A stretch of 50,028 bases of DNA, taken from the sequence record SRR2962707_1575; one strand, 5' to 3'. Of this stretch, positions 1 through 9,907 are shown piece by piece. Positions within the stretch are counted from its first letter, which is position 1. Each line of letters opens with the position of its first letter. A program made the translations under genes and the position numbers. Under the pieces are notes generated by a model. It searched no databases. It worked only from the letters and a program-made list of their open reading frames with translations, and had not been told where the DNA came from.

Positions 1-30
1 CTCATCGATAACAGAATGAATAAGGCGTAA
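1..30 (+). CDS. acs: 3' end of probable acetyl-CoA synthetase (partial, runs off window)
   Basis: Frame 1 reads LIDNRMNKA*, resembling the C-terminus of alphaproteobacterial Acs (..LIENRMNR); sits directly upstream of adk-DUF4212-actP. Only 9 codons are visible. Confidence 0.6.
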   Translation, partial: LIDNRMNKA

Positions 31-35
31 TCAGG

Positions 36-725
36 ATGCAAAACCCACAACAGACAACCGATATCGCCCCTGTCCTGATCCTTCTTGGCCCTCCGGGCGC
101 CGGGAAGGGCACGCAGGCCCGCAGATTGGAAACGGATTTTGGTTTGGTTCAATTGTCGACCGGTGATTTACTGCGGGCCGCTGTGGCCGCAGGCACCGAG
201 GCCGGCAAACACGCCAAAGCCGTGATGGAAGCGGGCGAACTGGTCAGCGACGACATCGTCATCGCCATTCTGCGTGATCGTCTGACCGAACAGGATACGG
301 CCAACGGCGTAATCTTGGACGGCTTCCCACGGACCACGGTTCAGGCAAAGGCTCTGGATAACCTGCTGGCCGAGACCGGGCAAAAAATCAACGCAGCCAT
401 AAGCTTAGAGGTAGACGACTCTGCGATGGTAACGCGGATTTCCGGGCGCTTCACCTGTGGAGCCTGCGGAGAAGGCTACCACGACAGCTTTAAGGCACCG
501 CGGGTTGAGGGCGTTTGTGACAATTGTGGCGGCCGCGATATGAAACGCCGGGCGGATGACAATGCTGCCACCGTGGCAAGCCGTCTGACCGCGTACCACG
601 CCCAGACGGCCCCCTTGATCACCTATTACGAGACCAAAGGCGCCTTGAGCCGCATTGATGCGATGGGCGCCATTGAGGACATCGCCGCCGGGCTTGGCGG
701 GATTGTTCAAAAGGCCACGGCATAA
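36..725 (+). CDS. adk: adenylate kinase (Zn-lid type)
   Basis: P-loop GPPGAGKGT, LSTGDLLR, ILDGFPRT; lid CGAC..CDNC; RRADD. Confidence 0.96.
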   Translation: MQNPQQTTDIAPVLILLGPPGAGKGTQARRLETDFGLVQLSTGDLLRAAVAAGTEAGKHAKAVMEAGELVSDDIVIAILRDRLTEQDTANGVILDGFPRTTVQAKALDNLLAETGQKINAAISLEVDDSAMVTRISGRFTCGACGEGYHDSFKAPRVEGVCDNCGGRDMKRRADDNAATVASRLTAYHAQTAPLITYYETKGALSRIDAMGAIEDIAAGLGGIVQKATA

Positions 726-786
726 GCCAGGGCCTGTGCTGCCTCTGGCAAATGGGGGCTTTCAGGAGGAAGAGGAGGACCCGCTC

Positions 787-1074
787 ATGGCGGATCAACT
801 ATCACAAGGTGCACAAAGTACTCAGGAGTCTGACAAAGGCTATTGGGCCGCAAATGTGCGCATCATTCTTATCAGCTTGGTCATCTGGGCTGTGGTGTCG
901 TTTGGCTTTGGCATCTTGCTGCGCCCTGCCCTGTCGGGCATCGCGGTCGGCGGCACCGATCTCGGATTTTGGTTCGCGCAACAGGGCTCAATCATTGTCT
1001 TTTTGGCGCTGATCTTTTTCTACGCCTGGCGGATGAACAAACTCGACCGTGAATACGGTGTAGAGGAGGAATAA
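787..1074 (+). CDS. DUF4212 small membrane protein (solute:Na+ symporter small subunit)
   Basis: YW..N, two hydrophobic helices, LGFWFAQQGS motif; GAGGAGG RBS before ATG 787; directly upstream of the SSS gene. Confidence 0.9.
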   Translation: MADQLSQGAQSTQESDKGYWAANVRIILISLVIWAVVSFGFGILLRPALSGIAVGGTDLGFWFAQQGSIIVFLALIFFYAWRMNKLDREYGVEEE

Positions 1075-1079
1075 GCGCA

Positions 1080-2864
1080 ATGGATCAGTTTACAATCAAC
1101 CTGCTGTTTGTCGGTGCGAGTTTTGCGCTGTACATCGGCATCGCGATTTGGGCCCGTGCGGGTTCAACCAGCGAATTCTACGCCGCCGGTCGCGGCGTTC
1201 ACCCTGTCACAAACGGTATGGCCACAGCGGCGGACTGGATGTCAGCGGCGTCCTTCATCTCGATGGCCGGTCTTATTGCCTTTACCGGTTATGACAATTC
1301 AACCTTCTTGATGGGCTGGACTGGTGGCTATGTTCTGTTGGCTTTGCTGCTTGCGCCATACCTGCGCAAATTCGGCAAATTCACCGTTTCTGAGTTCATC
1401 GGCGACCGATTCTATTCGCCAACAGCGCGGATTGTTGCGGTGATCTGTTTGATTGTCGCCTCGACCACGTACGTTATCGGTCAGATGACCGGTGTCGGCG
1501 TGGCCTTTGGACGCTTCCTTGAAGTGAGCAACACAACCGGTCTTCTTATCGGTGCTTGTGTGGTTTTTGCCTACGCGGTTTTCGGCGGCATGAAGGGTGT
1601 GACCTACACGCAGGTTGCCCAGTACTGCGTGTTGATCCTGGCCTATACGATCCCAGCGATTTTCATCTCGCTGCAACTGACCGGCAACCCGATCCCCGCG
1701 CTTGGCTTGTTTGGTGATCACGTTGCAAGCGGCGTGCCTTTGTTGACCAAGCTGGATGCGATCGTGTCTGAACTTGGCTTTAACGAATATACCACGCACC
1801 ACGCAGACACACTGAACATGGTATTGTTCACCTTGTCCCTGATGATCGGTACAGCTGGCCTGCCCCACGTCATCATGCGCTTTTTCACCGTGCCTCGGGT
1901 GGCAGATGCTCGTTGGTCTGCGGGTTGGGCCTTGGTCTTTATTGCCCTACTCTATCTGACAGCCCCAGCTGTTGGCGCCATGGCGCGCCTGAACATCACA
2001 GACATGATGTGGCCAAATGGCACAAACAGCGAAGCGGTTTCGGTTGAACAGATCGAAACAGAAAAGCGCTATGACTGGATGGCAACCTGGCAGAAAACTG
2101 GCTTGCTGGATTGGGAAGACAAGAACGGCGACGGACGCATCCAATACTACAACGATCAGGATGCAGACATGCAGGCCAAAGCGGCTGAGCAAGGTTGGAC
2201 CGGCAACGAGCTGACCAAGTTTAACCGTGACATCCTAGTTCTCGCCAACCCCGAAATCGCGAACTTGCCATCATGGGTCATTGGCCTTGTGGCGGCAGGC
2301 GGTCTTGCGGCGGCGTTGTCAACAGCGGCTGGTCTGCTTTTGGCAATCTCCTCTGCCGTATCGCATGACCTGATCAAAGGGTCGCTCAATCCGAAAATCT
2401 CGGAGAAGAACGAGCTTTTGTCAGCGCGTATTGCCATGGGTGTTGCGATTGCTGTCGCTACTTACCTGGGCCTGAACCCTCCCGGCTTTGCCGCACAGAC
2501 CGTGGCCTTGGCCTTTGGTTTGGCTGCTGCGTCGATCTTCCCGGTTCTGATGATGGGTATCTTCTCGACCAAGATCAACAATGTCGGCGCTGTTGCTGGT
2601 ATGTTGGCCGGTCTGACAGTGACTTTGCTCTATATCTTCTTGCACAAAGGTTGGTTCTTTGTTCCAGGCACCGCGTCCTTCTCGGATGCAGACCCGTTGC
2701 TTGGCACGATTAAGTCCACATCCTTTGGCGCAATTGGGGCTGCGATCAACTTTGCAGTTGCTTATGTTGTCTCCGGTATGACCAAAGAAACACCACAACA
2801 TATCAAAGACTTGGTAGAAAGTGTTCGTGTTCCACGTGGCGCAGGATCTGCGCAGGACCACTAA
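1080..2864 (+). CDS. actP: sodium:solute symporter, cation/acetate symporter ActP-like
   Basis: GMATAADWMSAASF, GTAGLPHV..RFFT, AAALSTAAGLL motifs; many TM segments; acs/DUF4212 context. Confidence 0.88.
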   Translation: MDQFTINLLFVGASFALYIGIAIWARAGSTSEFYAAGRGVHPVTNGMATAADWMSAASFISMAGLIAFTGYDNSTFLMGWTGGYVLLALLLAPYLRKFGKFTVSEFIGDRFYSPTARIVAVICLIVASTTYVIGQMTGVGVAFGRFLEVSNTTGLLIGACVVFAYAVFGGMKGVTYTQVAQYCVLILAYTIPAIFISLQLTGNPIPALGLFGDHVASGVPLLTKLDAIVSELGFNEYTTHHADTLNMVLFTLSLMIGTAGLPHVIMRFFTVPRVADARWSAGWALVFIALLYLTAPAVGAMARLNITDMMWPNGTNSEAVSVEQIETEKRYDWMATWQKTGLLDWEDKNGDGRIQYYNDQDADMQAKAAEQGWTGNELTKFNRDILVLANPEIANLPSWVIGLVAAGGLAAALSTAAGLLLAISSAVSHDLIKGSLNPKISEKNELLSARIAMGVAIAVATYLGLNPPGFAAQTVALAFGLAAASIFPVLMMGIFSTKINNVGAVAGMLAGLTVTLLYIFLHKGWFFVPGTASFSDADPLLGTIKSTSFGAIGAAINFAVAYVVSGMTKETPQHIKDLVESVRVPRGAGSAQDH

Positions 2865-2869
2865 ATAAT

Positions 2870-2944
2870 TGAGATGGCCGGGCCCTGTAATGGCCATCTC
2901 ACTCCCAGTCCCGCCCGGTTTCCCCCTGGGCGGGACACCTTTTC
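2870..2944 (+). terminator. two tandem hairpins after actP
   Basis: TGAGATGGCC(2870-2879)/GGCCATCTCA(2892-2901); GTCCCGCCCGG(2908-2918)/CTGGGCGGGAC(2926-2936) followed by a short T run. Confidence 0.6.
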
Positions 2945-2960
2945 AAAGAGGACCGTCTCA

Positions 2961-4787
2961 ATGACACTTCCACAAGACGAGCTTCTGCGTTTTCTCAGCG
3001 CTGTGCATCCTTACGATGCTCTGCCCAAAGACGTTCTGATCCGGTTGTTGACGCAAATCACACAGCGTCACCTGGAAATCGGAGAGCCAGTTTACACGTT
3101 CGGAGACGAGCTGGACGGTCTCTACATTATCCACCGCGGCGAGATTGAAGTCCGCGACGAAAACGATGAGCCCGTTTCCCTTTTGGGGCCTCGAAATTCC
3201 TTCGGTGAACGTGGATTGCTACGGGACGGGCTTGCCGCGACCACGGCTATTGCGCGCCGTGAAAGCCGCCTTTTGCTGTTGCCCAAGTCCGATATTCTGA
3301 CGTTGATCGATACGGACGGGGCGATGGCAAAGTTCTTTGACCGCTCCCGCAAACCGCGTGGGATTGGCAACGACCTTGCGACTTGTCAGGTCGACACGTT
3401 AATGGCCAAGACCCCCTTGACGACCACGTCCGACACAACAGTTCAGGATGCCGCCCGCCGGATGCGCGACGCCGGAGTTTCCTCGATTTGCATTGTAGCG
3501 CCAGACCAAACACTCGAAGGGATTGTGACGATCCGCGATATCTCGGGAAAAGTGGTGGCTGACGGCTTGCCGGGCACAACTGGCCTGACCCAAATCATGA
3601 CAAAGTCTCCGTTGACCTTGCCACCCTCTGCCATTGGGTCCGATGTTCTGCACAGTATGCTGGAACACGGCATTGGTCATATTCCCGTGGTCCAAGCCAA
3701 GCGGCTGGTTGGGATCGTCACGCAAACTGATCTGACCCGTTTTCAAGCCATAAGCTCAGCCGAGCTGGTCTCTGAAATCGCTCGTGCTCCGGATGCCAAA
3801 ACCATGGCTCGGGCCACCGCACGCATCCCGGACCTGCTTGTCCACCTTGTCGCCGCGGGCAACCGACATGAGATTGTTACCCGACTGATCACAGACATAG
3901 CCGATACCTGCACTCGACGCTTGTTAAGCCTGGCCCATGCTGAGCTGGGCCCTGCCCCGGTTCCCTACTTGTGGCTGGCCTGTGGCAGTCAGGGACGTCA
4001 GGAACAGACCGGCGTCAGCGATCAGGACAATTGTTTGATCCTTGACGATCAGGTGACGGACGCAGACATGGCCTATTTTCAGGATCTGGCGAAATTCGTC
4101 TGTGATGGGTTAAACACCTGCGGCTATGTTTATTGTCCCGGCGACATGATGGCGAGCAACCCAAGATGGTGTCAGCCCTTGTCGGTCTGGCGCGACTATT
4201 TCGGATCATGGATCAACAAACCTGATCCCGAAGCCCAGATGCTGGCCAGTGTGATGTTTGATCTCAGGGCCATCGGAGGCGCTTCTGAGCTGTTTGAAGA
4301 CCTGCAACAATTGACTTTGAAAGCTGCAAATACCAACTCGATCTTTGTCGCTCATATGGTCAGCAATTCCTTAAAGCACACGCCGCCTTTGGGATTACTT
4401 CGCGGGTTTGCCACCATTCGATCGGGCGAGCATAAAAACCAGCTTGATCTGAAACATAATGGAGTGGTTCCGGTGGTGGATCTTGGCCGGGTCTATGCTT
4501 TGCAAGCCTGTCTAGATGTCGTCAATACGCGCGCAAGATTAGAGGCCGCTGTCGCCGCGGGGGTATTGAGCGACTCTGGGGGCCGCGATTTGTTGGATGC
4601 CTATGACCTGATCGCTGAAATTCGGCTCGAGCATCAATGCAACCAGATCAAAAACAACGAGAAACCTGACAATTTCCTTGCGCCCGCAGATCTTTCAGAC
4701 TTTGACCGAAGTCATCTGCGCGACGCCTTTGTTGTGGTAAAGACATTGCAATCCTCGGTCGGTCACGGGCGAAGTATCATGGTTTAG
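2961..4787 (+). CDS. cNMP-binding / CBS-pair / DUF294 putative nucleotidyltransferase
   Basis: N-terminal cNMP-like domain (FGERGLL), two CBS domains, GSQGRQEQ..SDQDN nucleotidyltransferase motif, C-terminal DUF294_C (FDLR, DLKHNG); AAGAGGA RBS before ATG 2961. Confidence 0.9.
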   Translation: MTLPQDELLRFLSAVHPYDALPKDVLIRLLTQITQRHLEIGEPVYTFGDELDGLYIIHRGEIEVRDENDEPVSLLGPRNSFGERGLLRDGLAATTAIARRESRLLLLPKSDILTLIDTDGAMAKFFDRSRKPRGIGNDLATCQVDTLMAKTPLTTTSDTTVQDAARRMRDAGVSSICIVAPDQTLEGIVTIRDISGKVVADGLPGTTGLTQIMTKSPLTLPPSAIGSDVLHSMLEHGIGHIPVVQAKRLVGIVTQTDLTRFQAISSAELVSEIARAPDAKTMARATARIPDLLVHLVAAGNRHEIVTRLITDIADTCTRRLLSLAHAELGPAPVPYLWLACGSQGRQEQTGVSDQDNCLILDDQVTDADMAYFQDLAKFVCDGLNTCGYVYCPGDMMASNPRWCQPLSVWRDYFGSWINKPDPEAQMLASVMFDLRAIGGASELFEDLQQLTLKAANTNSIFVAHMVSNSLKHTPPLGLLRGFATIRSGEHKNQLDLKHNGVVPVVDLGRVYALQACLDVVNTRARLEAAVAAGVLSDSGGRDLLDAYDLIAEIRLEHQCNQIKNNEKPDNFLAPADLSDFDRSHLRDAFVVVKTLQSSVGHGRSIMV

Positions 4788-4825
4788 CGACGTTTCGGCC
4801 ACCAAGGCCAACGTCCGAGGGAGGA

Positions 4826-5332
4826 GTGGACATGTTCTTAGAACTCATCGCAACATTCATCGCAGGCATCGCTGCCGCAGGTGTCATCATGTTGATCAAC
4901 AAGATCACCGGCAATCACTTGCCGCGCTGGATCGTACCTGTGGTAGCCGGTCTTGCGATGTTGGGTATGACAATTTCCAGCGAATACAGCTGGTATTCCC
5001 GCACCAAAGCCGGATTGCCCCAAGGTCTGGCCGTGGCTCAGACGGTTGAGAACCGCGCGGTTTATCGTCCATGGACTTACGTGCTGCCTTACACCAACCG
5101 CTTTGTCGCTGTGGATCAACCTGCCACACGCACAAACACCGACGATCCCGCTTTGAAATTGGCTGATCTTTACTTTTATGGTCGCTGGTCAACCGTTCAG
5201 GCGGTCCAGGTGATGGTAAATTGCTCGACCGGGCAACGCGCCGACCCGATGGAAGGGACGACTGGCGCTCAGATCTGGCATGACGTAGGCTATGAAGACC
5301 CGATTGTCTTCACCGTTTGCGGAAAGGTCTAA
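4826..5332 (+). CDS. hypothetical membrane-anchored protein
   Basis: Two N-terminal hydrophobic helices then a soluble domain with 2 Cys; strong GGAGG RBS (start may be ATG 4832); abuts next gene. Confidence 0.75.
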   Translation: MDMFLELIATFIAGIAAAGVIMLINKITGNHLPRWIVPVVAGLAMLGMTISSEYSWYSRTKAGLPQGLAVAQTVENRAVYRPWTYVLPYTNRFVAVDQPATRTNTDDPALKLADLYFYGRWSTVQAVQVMVNCSTGQRADPMEGTTGAQIWHDVGYEDPIVFTVCGKV

Positions 5333-5333
5333 C

Positions 5334-6752
5334 ATGTTCGCTCATCTGAGCTTGCGCCTGCGTGTATTTCTTTTTTTCATCCTATTGGCCGTCGGCAGTG
5401 TCGTGTTGGTCTGGGCTGCGATGTGGCTTGGATATCAACGATCTACACAGGTCGGGGTATCTTCGGCCTTTGTCTTTTCGGCCATCCTTTCTGCGTTCCT
5501 GATCCTTGGCCTTGTCGCCGGAATCTGGTTGCTGTTTGACGAGAATGTCGCAAAGCCCATCAACCAATTGGCAGCTGATATGCGGGTTCGCGCCCATGCA
5601 GAGGTTTCCCAAAGCTTGGACGTTTCATCGGCGCGTTTTCTGGGCGATCTCGGCCCCGCCGTCGACGCGGTTACACGCCAACTCGGTGATACAACAATGG
5701 CCACAGCCAAAATGGTCGCTCAGGAAACCGAACGCCTGAAATCTGAGACGTCGCGCCTTACTGCCCTGCTGACCGAAATTCCCGTTGCCGTGATCCTAGT
5801 CAGCCCGACAGACCAAATTGTTCTGTACGATGGTCAAGCCGCCGAAGTGCTGTCTCAGGTCCACACTCCCCGTCTGAATGCCAGTATCTTTGACTATTTT
5901 GAGGCCAAGTCTTTTGGTGCAGCCCAGCGCAAACTGCAAAAAACCGGGATGGACGTGGCGTTCACAGCCCAAAGCGTTGATGGGGTTCAGTCTTATAGCG
6001 CTCATTTGCGCCCCATGGACGGCGGCGGCTACATGTTTGTGATCGACGACGCGGTTGCAAAGATTTCACCAAAAGAAGCCCGCCCACTTGTCTATGACTT
6101 TGACCTAATCGGCAAACCAGTTGGGCAGGTCTTAGAGAACACCCGCCTCAGCGATTTGTGCTTTGTGGTATTTGACACCGAAACCACCGGATTGTTGCCC
6201 CATAAAGACGAAATCGTTCAGATTGGTGCAGTCCGGGTCATCAATGGCCGTATCGTAGACGGTGAACAAATTGACCAACTGGTCGACCCAGGCATGCCGA
6301 TCCCCCCTTCTTCGACCAAGGTGCACGGGGTGACGGATGCTATGGTCGCAGGCAAACCGAAGATATCTGAGGCCGGATTGGCCTTTCATATGTTTGCCCA
6401 ACAATCCGTGATTGTGGCCCATAATGCCCCCTTTGACATGGCGTTTTTGCGCCGCCATGCCCGCGACATGGGGGTAAGCTGGGATCATCCGATTCTAGAC
6501 ACTGTGCTTTTGTCTGCAGTGTTGTTTGGCACATCAGAACGACACATGCTGGACACTCTGTGCGAACGTCTGGACGTCACGATACCCGAAGCGCTCCGCC
6601 ACACCGCTTTGGGCGACGCTCAGGCCACTGCAGAAGTTCTGGTCAAGATTTTGCCAATGCTCGAAGCCCGCGGCATGAAGACGTTGGGCGATGTTTTGGA
6701 ACAAACCCGTCAGCATGGCCGGTTGCTCGAAGACCTCAATAGCCCAAAGTAA
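5334..6752 (+). CDS. membrane-anchored PAS-like + DEDDh 3'-5' exonuclease (DnaQ-like domain)
   Basis: Two TM helices, coiled linker, PAS-like segment (EIPVAVILV..DQIVLYD), ExoI VFDTETTG, ExoII AHNAPFD, ExoIII HTALGDA. Confidence 0.88.
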   Translation: MFAHLSLRLRVFLFFILLAVGSVVLVWAAMWLGYQRSTQVGVSSAFVFSAILSAFLILGLVAGIWLLFDENVAKPINQLAADMRVRAHAEVSQSLDVSSARFLGDLGPAVDAVTRQLGDTTMATAKMVAQETERLKSETSRLTALLTEIPVAVILVSPTDQIVLYDGQAAEVLSQVHTPRLNASIFDYFEAKSFGAAQRKLQKTGMDVAFTAQSVDGVQSYSAHLRPMDGGGYMFVIDDAVAKISPKEARPLVYDFDLIGKPVGQVLENTRLSDLCFVVFDTETTGLLPHKDEIVQIGAVRVINGRIVDGEQIDQLVDPGMPIPPSSTKVHGVTDAMVAGKPKISEAGLAFHMFAQQSVIVAHNAPFDMAFLRRHARDMGVSWDHPILDTVLLSAVLFGTSERHMLDTLCERLDVTIPEALRHTALGDAQATAEVLVKILPMLEARGMKTLGDVLEQTRQHGRLLEDLNSPK

Positions 6753-6758
6753 CGGTGC

Positions 6759-7613
6759 TTAGGTGCGCGTCCGCGCCAGCGCCAAAGCACCGTCGACAGC
6801 GGAACCTTTGGCAGGTTCGACAACCATCTGCATGGTCTCGGGCAGATAAGACCAATAGGCCGCGCCAAGATCACCGGGCATGCAGATCGGCACGCCCAAG
6901 GTCCAGCCCAATTGCTCAAACGCTTGGGCGATCCATGTCCCGCCGCGTTGCATGATCACCTTGGCGCCTCGATCACCAACAGAGGCAGAGCCAATCACAC
7001 CAGAAGCCAGTTTTGAATATTCGCGCGGTGTGGCGTCGCGCGCGAATTCTACAATTGCCATGGCGCCACCGAACTCATCCAATATGGCTCTGGTCAGCGC
7101 TGTATGTTGAACCAGACCGTCATGCGCCCTTAGGGTGCGGCGCAACACTTCACGACCAAGCCACGCCGCTGACGCTTCGTCGCTGAGGGTTAGACCCCAT
7201 CCGCCGACACCGAACAGATCCTCGCCTTTTCGCTTTAGGACAAAACTATCTGTACTTAGCCCCGCGACGAAGCCATCTCGTTCGCCCAGCGCACCAACCG
7301 CCAAGGCACGCTTTTTGTCTTCGATTGTGGCGTGATTGAACGGCAGCGCCTGCAACAATATGGCGGCATCTTCATCTGTAACCAGTCCAGCAATGCCGAG
7401 ATAGGCTTGGGCGTCACACAGGTTGGCCAGCGTCGTCCCAGCCTTTTCTGCCAAAGACTGGCAGGCTTCGACAATAGCCTGGGCACATCCCTGCGGATCG
7501 GTCGAAAAATCCACGCCGCGCCCGATGAAATCAACGCGACGCCCCGGATCTGACCAAGCAACGCGACAGCGCGTTGCACCACAATCAATTCCTATGTGCC
7601 CAGAGTGAGTCAT
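6759..7613 (-). CDS. BadF/BadG/BcrA/BcrD ATPase family, N-acetylglucosamine/glucosamine kinase-like (divergent)
   Basis: GIDCGATRCR phosphate-1 loop, GIAG, GGWGLTLSDEASAAWLG, A..GAL C-terminus. Confidence 0.8.
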   Translation of the reverse strand: MTHSGHIGIDCGATRCRVAWSDPGRRVDFIGRGVDFSTDPQGCAQAIVEACQSLAEKAGTTLANLCDAQAYLGIAGLVTDEDAAILLQALPFNHATIEDKKRALAVGALGERDGFVAGLSTDSFVLKRKGEDLFGVGGWGLTLSDEASAAWLGREVLRRTLRAHDGLVQHTALTRAILDEFGGAMAIVEFARDATPREYSKLASGVIGSASVGDRGAKVIMQRGGTWIAQAFEQLGWTLGVPICMPGDLGAAYWSYLPETMQMVVEPAKGSAVDGALALARTRT

Positions 7614-7640
7614 GGCGCTTTCTTAGCGCGGTTTTCAGGG

Positions 7641-8912
7641 CTATGCGAGGGCTCTATTACCATTGTGAAGCCTACCCGCCCCGAGTGCACTTATTGCGAC
7701 CATTCCGGCTGCAATTGCCAAACAAAGTGCCACGCCGCCAAGCTGATAAGAGACACCCGACAAGACCGTGCCGATAAGGCGCCCTGCCGCATTCGCCATA
7801 TAGTAGAACCCGACGTCCATGCTGACCCGGTCCTCTTTGGTAAAGGCCAAAATCAGATAGGAATGCAGGGACGAATTGACCGCAAACAAGGCCCCAAAGA
7901 GCAATAGACCTGCGACAATTGACGTGGTGAGCCAAGGTGTCGGCTCTCTTGCCCACCAAACCAACGCCGCCAGCAAGGCCGGCACAAAGCTTAACATCAA
8001 AGCCCAGCGCCTTGCGTCACCGATGATGTCGGCCAGAGGGCGTGTATTGGCGCGCAGAAGCTTTGGAGCTGCGCCCTGCACCGCCCCATAGAGGATGATC
8101 CACCCCGCCATAAATACACCAATGGTGAAAAACGCCGTCCGGTTCCCGATTTCTGAACCGTCAGACAGCACTGCATAGAAATAGACCGGGATCCCGACCA
8201 CGAACCACACATCGCGGGCGCCAAAGAGAAAGACGCGGGAAAAGCTCAGCCAGTTTACATTCCGGTTCTTGGAAAACACTTCGCGGAATTTGGCATCTTT
8301 GCGCCCGGCCGGTAACCCCGCAGGCATCCGCAGAATTACCGCCAAAAGGATTGCCCCCAGGATAGCTGCCATCGCCCAGACGGCGGGCACAAATCCCAAA
8401 GTGCCCAGCAATGCCGCCCCTAACAGAAAGCCCAAGCCTTTGACCGCGTTCTTTGATCCCGTCAGAAGCGCCACCCAACGAAACAGGCCGCCTTGCCCTT
8501 TCGGGGCCAACAATTTGACTGCGCTTTTTGCACTCATCTTCGACAGGTCTTTTGCGACGCCAGACAAGCCTTGTACCAACATCACATAGGTCACCGACAA
8601 GCCAATAGCCCAGCTTGGGTCCAGTTGAGCAAGCGCCACCAAAGCGATCACTTGCAAGCCAAGCCCAACATAGAGCGTAGATGTCAGCCCAAATCGCGAT
8701 GCGATCCAGCCAGCGGATAAATTGGTCACAACTCCCGCGATTTCATACAGCACAAACAGATACGCCAGCTGCACCGGCGAATAGCCCAACGTATGAAAAT
8801 GCAGCAAAACCAACATGCGCAAAGCGCCGTCTGTCAGCATAAAAGCCCAATAGGCTGCTGTGACGGCGATATACGCCGCCAAGCCTTCGGGCCGCACATT
8901 GGCCTGTGTCAC
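7641..8912 (-). CDS. arsJ: organoarsenical efflux MFS transporter ArsJ
   Basis: [55 protein letters not shown] start overlapping the gap stop (GTGA). Confidence 0.93.
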   Translation of the reverse strand: MTQANVRPEGLAAYIAVTAAYWAFMLTDGALRMLVLLHFHTLGYSPVQLAYLFVLYEIAGVVTNLSAGWIASRFGLTSTLYVGLGLQVIALVALAQLDPSWAIGLSVTYVMLVQGLSGVAKDLSKMSAKSAVKLLAPKGQGGLFRWVALLTGSKNAVKGLGFLLGAALLGTLGFVPAVWAMAAILGAILLAVILRMPAGLPAGRKDAKFREVFSKNRNVNWLSFSRVFLFGARDVWFVVGIPVYFYAVLSDGSEIGNRTAFFTIGVFMAGWIILYGAVQGAAPKLLRANTRPLADIIGDARRWALMLSFVPALLAALVWWAREPTPWLTTSIVAGLLLFGALFAVNSSLHSYLILAFTKEDRVSMDVGFYYMANAAGRLIGTVLSGVSYQLGGVALCLAIAAGMVAISALGAGRLHNGNRALA

Positions 8913-9907
8913 AGGGAGGCTCCAACCATTTGCGCAACATCGGCCAAGCGGTTCGCATAGCCCCACTCATTGTCATACCAAGCATAGATCTTGGCCTGCG
9001 TACCGTTCACCACCATGGTTGACGGGGCATCCACGATCGTCGAGCGCGCGTCGTTGACATAGTCAGTTGATACGAGAGGCCGAGTTTCATAACCCAAGAT
9101 ACCTAGAAGGGTCGTCTCAGACGCCTCTTTGAAGGCAGCATTTATTTCTTCGCTCGTGGTCTCGCGGTTGAGTTCGAAAACACAATCCGTCAAGGACGCG
9201 TTCAGCAAAGGGACCCGCACCGCATGGCCGTTCAGTTTTCCCTTAAGCTCTGGATAGATCAGAGTGATCGCTGTGGCGGACCCAGTGGTCGTTGGAATTA
9301 GGGAATTCAAAGCTGATCGGGCGCGTCGCAGATCTTTGGCCGGGCGGTCCACAATTGTTTGTGTATTGGTCACATCATGGATCGTTGTCATAGATCCATG
9401 TTTGATCCCAAAGGTTTCGTGCAGAACTTTCACAACGGGCGCCAAACAGTTGGTTGTGCAGGATGCCGCCGTAATGATCCGGTGCACCGCCGGATCATAG
9501 ATGCCCTCATTCACGCCCATCACGATGTTTGCCGCTTCGTCTTCTTTCACAGGTGCCGAGACCACAACTTTTTTCACCCCGGCTGCGAAATAGGGCTCGA
9601 GCTTTTCAGTGGTTTTAAAGACGCCGGTGCAATCAATCACCACGTCGACACCTTCCAAAGGCAGATCTTCGATCTTGTCGGCATTGAAAACCGGCAAACG
9701 CGTTCCGTCAATCGTGAGAGACTCCGCGTCCGAAGAGAACTCAGCCTTCCACCGCCCATGAACGGTATCGAATTCCAGCAAATGTGCATGCATGGCCGCA
9801 TCGCCCACGGCATCATTCAAAAAGGCGATCTCTGCTCCCTTTTCCAGAAGCGGGCGCAAAGCAAGTTTGCCCATACGGCCAAGGCCATTGATTGCATAGG
9901 TCGTCAT
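8909..9907 (-). CDS. gap: ArsJ-associated glyceraldehyde-3-phosphate dehydrogenase
   Basis: [15 protein letters not shown] catalytic motif, WYDNEWGY; translationally coupled between arsR-arsC and arsJ. Confidence 0.93.
   Translation of the reverse strand: MTTYAINGLGRMGKLALRPLLEKGAEIAFLNDAVGDAAMHAHLLEFDTVHGRWKAEFSSDAESLTIDGTRLPVFNADKIEDLPLEGVDVVIDCTGVFKTTEKLEPYFAAGVKKVVVSAPVKEDEAANIVMGVNEGIYDPAVHRIITAASCTTNCLAPVVKVLHETFGIKHGSMTTIHDVTNTQTIVDRPAKDLRRARSALNSLIPTTTGSATAITLIYPELKGKLNGHAVRVPLLNASLTDCVFELNRETTSEEINAAFKEASETTLLGILGYETRPLVSTDYVNDARSTIVDAPSTMVVNGTQAKIYAWYDNEWGYANRLADVAQMVGASL

Noticed and set aside
5334-6752. Calling the exonuclease dnaQ (Pol III epsilon)
   Set aside because: It has TM and PAS-like N-terminal regions and sits in an acetate operon; only the DEDDh domain is shared
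8909-9907. Housekeeping glycolytic gapA
   Set aside because: Coupled to arsR-arsC and arsJ, with no pgk/tkt context
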